Source: a virus
Taxonomy: Duplodnaviria > Heunggongvirae > Uroviricota > Caudoviricetes
Length of the DNA: 64,000 bases
Reading direction: 5' to 3' (one strand)
IMG/VR virus record: IMGVR_UViG_3300035208_004239
Coordinates: 195,611 to 259,610 of that record
Below the pieces are notes generated by a model. That model worked only from the letters and a program-made list of their open reading frames with translations. It was not told where the DNA came from and searched no databases. Shown piece by piece: positions 1 to 6,272 of this stretch. The translations under genes and the position numbers were made by a program. Within the stretch, counting starts at the first letter, position 1, and every line of letters starts with the position of its first letter.

Positions 1-83
1 TAATTCGGTATATGTTGGATTAACATATAATTTTGAAGAAAGAAATAAATGATTAAATGATGTTTACTTCAACATAGAATAAA

Positions 84-1136
84 ATGAAAATAAGAACGTT
101 ATTAGTTGATTCAAGTTATTTATTAGAAAGATCATATCATGGAGCAAAAGATATTTATACTAATTCTTTTGGTTATTGTGGTGCATTATATTCGTTTTTA
201 ACGACTATTCGTAAAATGATTAAGAATCATATGATCAATAAAGTTGTGTTGGTTTGGGATGGTCAGAATAGTGGTATCTATCGATATAGAATTGATAATG
301 CATATAAAGCTAATCGTAAATCAAAAGAGTGGCATAAAAAAATTGAAATGACCGAAGCGGAAATTCGGAAAGAAAAAATGAAAGAAGAATCCATTTTAAA
401 ACAAAGAAAAAGAATACAGGCATATGCAGAGGAATTATTTTTAAGACAAATTGAAGTTGATGAAATTGAAGGTGATGATTTAATTGCAGCATATTGTATA
501 CAATATAATAATAAAGAAGAGATTTTTATATATTCCAACGATAGAGATTTTGCACAATTATTGGATTTAAATATTACAATAATTTTTTCAAATATTGAAC
601 AACCAATAACAAAAAACAATTATTTTTTTCAATTTAATTATCATTATGGAAATGCATTGATAATGAAAATAATTGGCGGTGATGTTTCTGATAATATTAA
701 AGGAATTGCTGGTATTAAAGAAAAAATATTATTAGAACATTTTCCTGAAATGCAATTTAAACAATTTACAGTTAATGAGATTTATCATAAAGCAAAAGAA
801 ATTAATAAAGAAAGAATTCTAAACAAACAAAAACCATTAAAAATTTTTGAAAATTTAATAAATGGTAAAGAAATTTTAAAAACAAATTATCAATTAATTA
901 ATTTAAAAAAACCCATTTTAAATGATCAAGCCAGAGAAGAATTATTACAATTAGAAATACCGTTATCACCGAACAATAGAGGTAGTAAAAATTTATATAA
1001 AATGATGATGGAAGATGAATTTTTAACTATATATAAAAGTACCTTTCCAAATTATTGTGAACCCTTTTATACTGTAATAATGAATGAAAAAAATTTATTT
1101 GAAGAATATAAAAAAAATAATAAAGGTAATTTATAA
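84..1136 (+). CDS. 5'-3' exonuclease / T4 RNase H-like flap endonuclease (PIN/FEN fold)
   Basis: LLVDSS N-terminus, VWDG, YKANR, EIEGDDLIA, SNDRDFAQL and GDVSDNIKGI helix-3-turn-helix motifs. Confidence 0.9.
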   Translation: MKIRTLLVDSSYLLERSYHGAKDIYTNSFGYCGALYSFLTTIRKMIKNHMINKVVLVWDGQNSGIYRYRIDNAYKANRKSKEWHKKIEMTEAEIRKEKMKEESILKQRKRIQAYAEELFLRQIEVDEIEGDDLIAAYCIQYNNKEEIFIYSNDRDFAQLLDLNITIIFSNIEQPITKNNYFFQFNYHYGNALIMKIIGGDVSDNIKGIAGIKEKILLEHFPEMQFKQFTVNEIYHKAKEINKERILNKQKPLKIFENLINGKEILKTNYQLINLKKPILNDQAREELLQLEIPLSPNNRGSKNLYKMMMEDEFLTIYKSTFPNYCEPFYTVIMNEKNLFEEYKKNNKGNL

Positions 1137-1165
1137 AAAACCTTTCATTTTTGTGTGCTTGTAAG

Positions 1166-1173
1166 TATATTTG
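1166..1173 (+). promoter_or_regulatory. Bacteroidota-type -7 promoter element TATATTTG
   Basis: Matches the TAnnTTTG consensus in the intergenic region upstream of ORF 1210. Confidence 0.55.
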
Positions 1174-1209
1174 TATTGAACAATATTAATATTTAAATTT
1201 CCAAATATT

Positions 1210-1845
1210 ATGAATGAAAAGGAATATTCAAACGCATTTAAATTTTCACTTTATCAAGAAAATATTTTGTTAGGTGAAAAAGTATTTGATGCTGATCAAT
1301 TCAATCCATATACAAGATATTCGATTGATATTAGAGACATATTACCCAAAGCAATAACAAAACTTCAAAAAACACTTTCAAAAAAAAGTTATGAAGTAAT
1401 TGTTGAAACAGGTAGAAAAGATACTTCAATGTCAGTTTCTGTAAATAGTATTATAAATCTTTATCAATACCATCAGGAAGTTCTTCATTCAAATCCAAAG
1501 GAATTGTGGAATGGTTTACAATATAATCCACAACCTATTATCCAACAAATTGAAGATAAAATTATTAAAGGTGTTGAGTGTAAAATTGGTTTTTATATTA
1601 ATGATAATCCAATAGTTGAAAGATTATTTTATGTTGATGGTTTTAATCCGGTTGCAAGATGGTCAACAGATTTAATAAATGCGGTTACTGATATTGCTGA
1701 CCTTATTTTTAATAAAATAAAAACTGTTGATGTGAAAAATATGTGGGATGATTATGATTTGATTAATAATAAAGGTTATACTATTAACCAAATTAGAGAA
1801 TTCTCTCCTGCAAGAAGAGAAGAATTATTAAAAAAAAATAAATAA
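1210..1845 (+). CDS. hypothetical phage protein
   Basis: 211-aa ORF, no recognisable motif. Confidence 0.7.
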   Translation: MNEKEYSNAFKFSLYQENILLGEKVFDADQFNPYTRYSIDIRDILPKAITKLQKTLSKKSYEVIVETGRKDTSMSVSVNSIINLYQYHQEVLHSNPKELWNGLQYNPQPIIQQIEDKIIKGVECKIGFYINDNPIVERLFYVDGFNPVARWSTDLINAVTDIADLIFNKIKTVDVKNMWDDYDLINNKGYTINQIREFSPARREELLKKNK

Positions 1846-1870
1846 AAAATGGGAGTTAACTCCCATTTTT
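1845..1870. terminator. bidirectional intrinsic terminator (26-bp palindrome)
   Basis: aaaaatgggagttaactcccattttt between convergent genes. Confidence 0.8.
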
Positions 1871-2903
1871 ATATTCTCTTTTTTGCTTCTTCTATCATTA
1901 CATTAAGATATTCCATATAATTATTATATCCATCATTCATCCAATCAGGTTTAAAATCAAACATAAAATCAAGAACATCTTTACCTTGATCTTCCCAATT
2001 TTCTTTCATTATTGTTGGCATAAAATAAGGAATATAATTTACAAAAGCATACCGTATGTCAACTATAAGTGCAGCTTCAGTTATTTTTTGATACCATAAA
2101 TCTCTCACACTAATATTTTCGACTTTTATAATTCCCATGTCAGCAAATACAAGAATTTTAGTACGTTGAAAAAATGTAAATTTACGTTTAGTTAAATTTC
2201 TCAAACCACCAGTTGCAATCCAAATATATTGTGGATATAATATAGACATTATAATAGCAGTTTTTTCGGCTTCAACAATACAAATAAAAGTATTTTCTTT
2301 ATCAAAATCTTCCATAAGAAGATGATGACCAAAAAACGGTATTGGTCTTCTACCTTCAAATTCTATTGTATGTACTTGATCGTTTTTATCTTTATATCTA
2401 CAATTATGTAACCATTGTGGATAACTACCTCGTCCTTCTTTTATTCTATGTAAATCATTTCCATACCAAATAATTTTAGCAGTATGTAAACCATAACTAA
2501 TATAAGGAAAAGTAGTTGCACCATCATGCCAAGTACCAAGTTTATATTTATTAAATATTTCAAGTACTCTTTTTTTTCCAAACATTTTAACAAGTTGTCT
2601 TAATAAGACATTTTCTGCCTTATATGTATTTTTTCTCATTGTTTCATAAAAACCATCAGGAATAAAATCACAATCATGAATACTTAAATATTCTTCTTCA
2701 ATATCTAATTTATTATTTATGATTTTATTATTTTCTGGTCTTTTATGATAACCACAATGATTTTCCCTATCACATCTACCATAATCACCTTCAAGGTATC
2801 TTCCGGTACTTGTGTTTCTATATTTTACAAAACAACTATTTTGTTCACAAGAAGGACAATCAAATTTTTCTTTTGAATCTAATTCATATAAAAATTTTCC
2901 CAC
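1869..2903 (-). CDS. primase-like protein (N-terminal Zn ribbon + DUF6371/Toprim-like domain)
   Basis: CPSC...GRCDRENHCGYH Zn finger; FFGHHLL...IVEAEKTA...WIATGG...VFAD Toprim-like motifs seen in Bacteroidota mobile elements. Confidence 0.7.
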   Translation of the reverse strand: MGKFLYELDSKEKFDCPSCEQNSCFVKYRNTSTGRYLEGDYGRCDRENHCGYHKRPENNKIINNKLDIEEEYLSIHDCDFIPDGFYETMRKNTYKAENVLLRQLVKMFGKKRVLEIFNKYKLGTWHDGATTFPYISYGLHTAKIIWYGNDLHRIKEGRGSYPQWLHNCRYKDKNDQVHTIEFEGRRPIPFFGHHLLMEDFDKENTFICIVEAEKTAIIMSILYPQYIWIATGGLRNLTKRKFTFFQRTKILVFADMGIIKVENISVRDLWYQKITEAALIVDIRYAFVNYIPYFMPTIMKENWEDQGKDVLDFMFDFKPDWMNDGYNNYMEYLNVMIEEAKKRI

Positions 2904-2904
2904 A

Positions 2905-4281
2905 TTAAACTTTTTTATAAAGTATACCTTTAGCGTTACGTTTTAATAAACCAATTTCACACCATTTTAATAATAAATTATTTGCTTTTATGGTAGTCAT
3001 ATTTAATTTTTTTTCCATTAATTTTATTACCTCAAAATATGGTTGTTGAGGTTGTAATTCCATTTCATAAAAATTTATTTCATTTTCATCTGTTAAATAT
3101 TTTCTATATTTAATTGAAGTTAAATTTAATACATTAATAATTTCATTAAAATAAAAATCAATAATATTTGCAGAATTTAATATATCTTCATTTCTAATAA
3201 ATTGATTAGGTTTATTATAATATGAATCAAGTCGATTTAATACAATAGCTATTCTGAAAATATATGAATCCATTTTACCCATAATAGAATTAAATTTATC
3301 AATATTTACTTTATTAATATCAACATATTTTATTTTACAATTTTCTCGCCATTCTTCTAATGTTTCTCTACAACCTTCTTCCATTAATAATGTTTCAGTT
3401 TCTTTAATACCATTAAATTTTGATAAATAATGTTCAAAAAAAGGTATTAATTTATTACTGTAAATATCTTTTTGTTCAAAGACATTTTTAGTTTTTAAAT
3501 CTTCATCTAAAGTAAATAAAAATCTAAATATATTACCATTTGAAATTCTATCATCAGTGTACATATCAAAAAGCATTTGTTTTTGTGTTGCACCAAATAA
3601 TGAAACTATTGGTAATGTAATATATGAATCACTTTCGTTACTTATTCTATCACGTTTAATAGCATCATAACCCCATAATTTTAATAATGTTTCTTCATCA
3701 TTACCTTGACGATAACGATTAAACATTTTAAATAAACCACCAATTTCATCAGCACGAATTAAAAATGAATGACCATCATTATCAGCAAGCATTGTTAATA
3801 ATTTTTCAAAAGTAAAATCATCACTAAATAAATTTATTTGTTTTTTTAATTCCGGTGGGGTATTATTTAAACTATGATTATTTAACCAATTTCGTAATAT
3901 TGGATTATCATCTAAATAATTACCAACCATTTTAATTTTATTTTCTTTAATTAATGAGTTCCATTCAAAAACTAATTTATTACTTTTTTTTATTTCATTA
4001 ATTAACGTTGTTTGATAATCAATAATAGGTTGATAAACAGTTCGCATTATTACACTTTTACCCATTCCTGAATTTAATGAAATAATTGTCCATATATTAC
4101 TTCTTTCTTTCCATCCACCACTTATTTCAATTTCATAAAAATTACTTAAAACAAAACCACAAGCATTTAATACTGAACTTGCAACAACATTTTCATGTAT
4201 TTTATTATTTCTACTAAGTAATTGAATATAGTCGGAAATGTGTGGAGTAAATGCATTTACTGGAAAATTATTATCTTTCAT
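2905..4281 (-). CDS. DUF3987/YfjI-like P-loop helicase-like protein
   Basis: SGMGKS Walker A, DFTFEKL, DEIGG Walker B, LFGATQ and FRFLF motifs. Confidence 0.7.
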   Translation of the reverse strand: MKDNNFPVNAFTPHISDYIQLLSRNNKIHENVVASSVLNACGFVLSNFYEIEISGGWKERSNIWTIISLNSGMGKSVIMRTVYQPIIDYQTTLINEIKKSNKLVFEWNSLIKENKIKMVGNYLDDNPILRNWLNNHSLNNTPPELKKQINLFSDDFTFEKLLTMLADNDGHSFLIRADEIGGLFKMFNRYRQGNDEETLLKLWGYDAIKRDRISNESDSYITLPIVSLFGATQKQMLFDMYTDDRISNGNIFRFLFTLDEDLKTKNVFEQKDIYSNKLIPFFEHYLSKFNGIKETETLLMEEGCRETLEEWRENCKIKYVDINKVNIDKFNSIMGKMDSYIFRIAIVLNRLDSYYNKPNQFIRNEDILNSANIIDFYFNEIINVLNLTSIKYRKYLTDENEINFYEMELQPQQPYFEVIKLMEKKLNMTTIKANNLLLKWCEIGLLKRNAKGILYKKV

Positions 4282-4284
4282 ATT

Positions 4285-4572
4285 TTATATTAAAAAATTA
4301 GTATTACCTTTACTAATTGCCTTACAAACTTCATATTTATTATATAAATCTAAATCAGATAATTTTTGAAATTCTTTTTGTAAATTCGGAATTATTAATG
4401 TTCTTAATATTTTAGAATAAGAGTTACCATAAATATTAGAAATTGCATCAATCATTTTAAATTCTTCTTCAGTAAAAAGAATATTAACAGCACGAGATTT
4501 TCTCAATATTTTCTTTTTCATGAATGTTTGTATTATTAATAACAAATATAATGTCGTTTTATTTAAGTTCAA
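4285..4572 (-). CDS. small DNA-binding protein, ribbon-helix-helix-like (true start may be the ATG at 4521)
   Basis: KSRAVNILFTEEEFKMID...SYSKILR pattern resembles CopG/MobC-like RHH proteins. Confidence 0.45.
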   Translation of the reverse strand: MNLNKTTLYLLLIIQTFMKKKILRKSRAVNILFTEEEFKMIDAISNIYGNSYSKILRTLIIPNLQKEFQKLSDLDLYNKYEVCKAISKGNTNFLI

Positions 4573-4589
4573 AGACTTTTAAAAAATAG

Positions 4590-4996
4590 TAAGATGATTT
4601 TTTAAAATTCCTTTCAATACTGTGGGGAAAGTGTGGGTAATTTTCAAATTACTGAAATACGTTTTTATAGTTAATCCATTAATTATCAATAATTAGACTA
4701 TCAAAATTTTTTTCTCTTAGCATAAATAATAAAATAATAATACCCTATCATTAATTTTATATAATAAAAAAATATATTATATTTTACTTTAGCTTAAACA
4801 AAAAAAAATGAAGGTCTAATTATTGATATTCAATATGATAAGTGTTAAAACGTTACCTGTATTGACTTTCAGAGGAATTGATTTTTCAACTTTTGAGGTT
4901 TATCAATACTTTCAGAAGATTGAAATTTTTGAAGGTTAAAAATAATTACCCACACTTTCCCCACAGTATTGAAAGGAATTTTAAAAAATCATCTTA
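4590..4996. repeat. perfect 53-bp inverted repeat (4590-4642 / 4944-4996) with a nested 15-bp inverted repeat (4684-4698 / 4814-4828)
   Basis: taagatgattttttaaaattcctttcaatactgtggggaaagtgtgggtaatt is the exact reverse complement of 4944-4996; inner pair tatcaataattagac / gtctaattattgata. Confidence 0.95.
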
Positions 4997-5096
4997 AATA
5001 ATAAAAAAAATTTTGAAATTCAGTCTTTTTTAAAACTTGATAGTATTTATTTTTTCAGACGTTCAAAAATATATTTTAAAATATATTAAAAAAAGC

Positions 5097-5127
5097 TTGC
5101 ATAGTAAATTTTTTTAAAATACATTTG
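5097..5127 (+). promoter_or_regulatory. Bacteroidota housekeeping-sigma promoter (TTG...TACATTTG) driving the RNA array
   Basis: TTGC at 5097 and TACATTTG at 5120-5127 fit the -33/-7 layout; followed by boxA-like aaagttcttt at 5147. Confidence 0.7.
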
Positions 5128-5179
5128 CATCGTCTTTATAATAAAAAAAGTTCTTTCACTTATTGTGAAGTAAATTAAT

Positions 5180-5314
5180 GGGGAAGTATGCAAATATAAA
5201 AAACAAGATTATAATCGTCATACTCCTGCTGGAGAACTGATTGTGATTTCAGTAAAAGGTACAGCAAATTGTCTTTAGAACAGTTGATTGTAGGTTCGAT
5301 TCCTACCTTCCCCA
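5180..5314 (+). ncRNA. tRNA-like RNA (anticodon UUA) with the shared stem inserted in the D-loop (unit 1)
   Basis: Acceptor ggggaag/cttcccc-a; T arm gtagg-ttcgatt-cctac; anticodon arm attgt-ctttaga-acagt; the D region contains gattataatc..ctcc-tgct-ggag..gattgtgatt. Confidence 0.75.
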
Positions 5315-5320
5315 CAAAAA

Positions 5321-5440
5321 AGGAAACTGATTGTTGTTTCAGTATGAATTAGCTCAATTGGTAGAGCATCCGCTTCGTAAGCAGAATGTCGTGGGTTCAA
5401 TTCCCATATTCTTAAACAAACACAACAAACACAATATCCT
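5321..5440 (+). ncRNA. Y-RNA-like stem enclosing a tRNA-Thr(CGU)-like body with a 4-bp acceptor stem (unit 2)
   Basis: agga/tcct and ttgttgt/acaacaa outer helices; inner 5346-5411 has D arm gctc-aattggta-gagc, loop tt-cgt-aa and T arm gtggg-ttcaatt-cccat. Confidence 0.75.
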
Positions 5441-5453
5441 TTTTAAAATATAT

Positions 5454-5527
5454 TGCGGGATGGAGAAGATGGTCATCTCGTGTGGCTCATAACCACAAGT
5501 TCGTGGGTTCAAATCCCACTCCCGCTA
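5454..5527 (+). tRNA. tRNA-Met(CAU), initiator-like, CCA not encoded
   Basis: Acceptor gcggga/tcccgc with a 1:72 mismatch; anticodon arm tgtgg-ctcataa-ccaca; T arm gtggg-ttcaaat-cccac. Confidence 0.9.
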
Positions 5528-5534
5528 CTAAAAA

Positions 5535-5611
5535 AGAAGAACTGATAGTTTTTTCAGTAAATTTGACGGTAAATCGAATCATTACAAAACAAAAACTAAC
5601 AAACTTCTTCT
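5535..5611 (+). ncRNA. minimal stand-alone Y-RNA-like stem-loop (unit 3)
   Basis: agaagaa/ttcttct and tagttttt/aaaaacta helices, conserved actga..tcagtaaa strand, apical hairpin atttga-cggtaaa-tcgaat. Confidence 0.7.
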
Positions 5612-5641
5612 AATTTTTAAAGTTCTTTAAAATATTAAAAT

Positions 5642-5775
5642 GGGGAGATAGAAATATCGAAAAATAATACTATCTCAATATTCCCTTAAATGGGAAAACT
5701 AATGGTGTTTTCAGTAAAAAAGGTAAAATAATTGTGTGAAAACAGTTTATGTTGGTTCGACTCCAACTCTCCCCG
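5642..5775 (+). ncRNA. degenerate tRNA-like RNA with the shared stem inserted in the D region (unit 4)
   Basis: Acceptor ggggaga/tctcccc; T arm gttgg-ttcgact-ccaac; arm aattgt-gtgaaa-acagtt; insert aatactat..ttccc-ttaaat-gggaa..atggtgtt. Confidence 0.7.
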
Positions 5776-5779
5776 CAAA

Positions 5780-5924
5780 TTGGGAAAACGAAAAGTGTTT
5801 ACAGTAATTCATCGGTTCGAATCCGATATTGTTCTTCAAAAATTGAACGATTAGCCAAGCTGGATAAGGCACAAGTCTCTTAAACTTGCATTTATAACAA
5901 AAAATACTTTTAAAATGTTCCCAA
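5780..5924 (+). ncRNA. Y-RNA-like stem enclosing a circularly permuted tRNA (anticodon CUU) (unit 5)
   Basis: ttgggaa/ttcccaa and aaaagtgttt/aaatactttt outer helices; inner order is T arm (5811-5827), loop-closed acceptor attgttc/gaacgat, D arm, anticodon arm caagt-ctcttaa-acttg. Confidence 0.8.
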
Positions 5925-6045
5925 ACATTATTTCTGTCGGTATCAGAATATAAAAATTACCGCCTAACATTTGAAACGTTCTTTTTAGTTCGTAGGTTAA
6001 AAATGATTTTAAATCACAGAAGTGTGATATTTTTCAAAAATATTT

Positions 6046-6118
6046 GGAAGAACTGATTGTGTTTTCAGTAAATATTTGAAATATAATAATTATTAAACAA
6101 TACAGTCGAACTTCTTCT
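6046..6118 (+). ncRNA. minimal stand-alone Y-RNA-like stem-loop (unit 6)
   Basis: gaagaa/ttcttc and gattgtgtt/aatacagtc helices with the conserved actga..tcagtaaa strand. Confidence 0.7.
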
Positions 6119-6146
6119 CTTTATTGAGAAGATAAGTTATTCCTTA

Positions 6147-6207
6147 AATAAAATGGGTGGGGACAAGGCATAGAAATATGCCTACTCTGCCCATTTTATT
6201 TTTTATT
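6147..6207 (+). terminator. long GC-rich hairpin plus T tract closing the RNA array
   Basis: aataaaatgggtgggg...ctctgcccattttatt with an apical aggcata-gaaa-tatgcct hairpin, followed by T runs. Confidence 0.65.
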
Positions 6208-6272
6208 TAGATAATTTTATATATATTTACCAAGTGAAATTTTAAATAACCATTTAAATAAATTTTTATATA

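Noticed and set aside
5273..5279. Stop-codon reassignment implied by the UUA anticodon
   Set aside because: ORFs are long and tightly packed under the standard code; TAA ends most genes and TAG/TGA also act as stops
5346..5411. Ordinary functional tRNA-Thr
   Set aside because: The acceptor stem has only 4 bp and is embedded in the shared outer stem
5231..6071. CRISPR array (six ~26-nt semi-palindromic repeats)
   Set aside because: The repeats are degenerate and irregularly spaced (90-264 nt), the intervening sequences are tRNA-like and pair with the repeats, and there are no cas genes in the window
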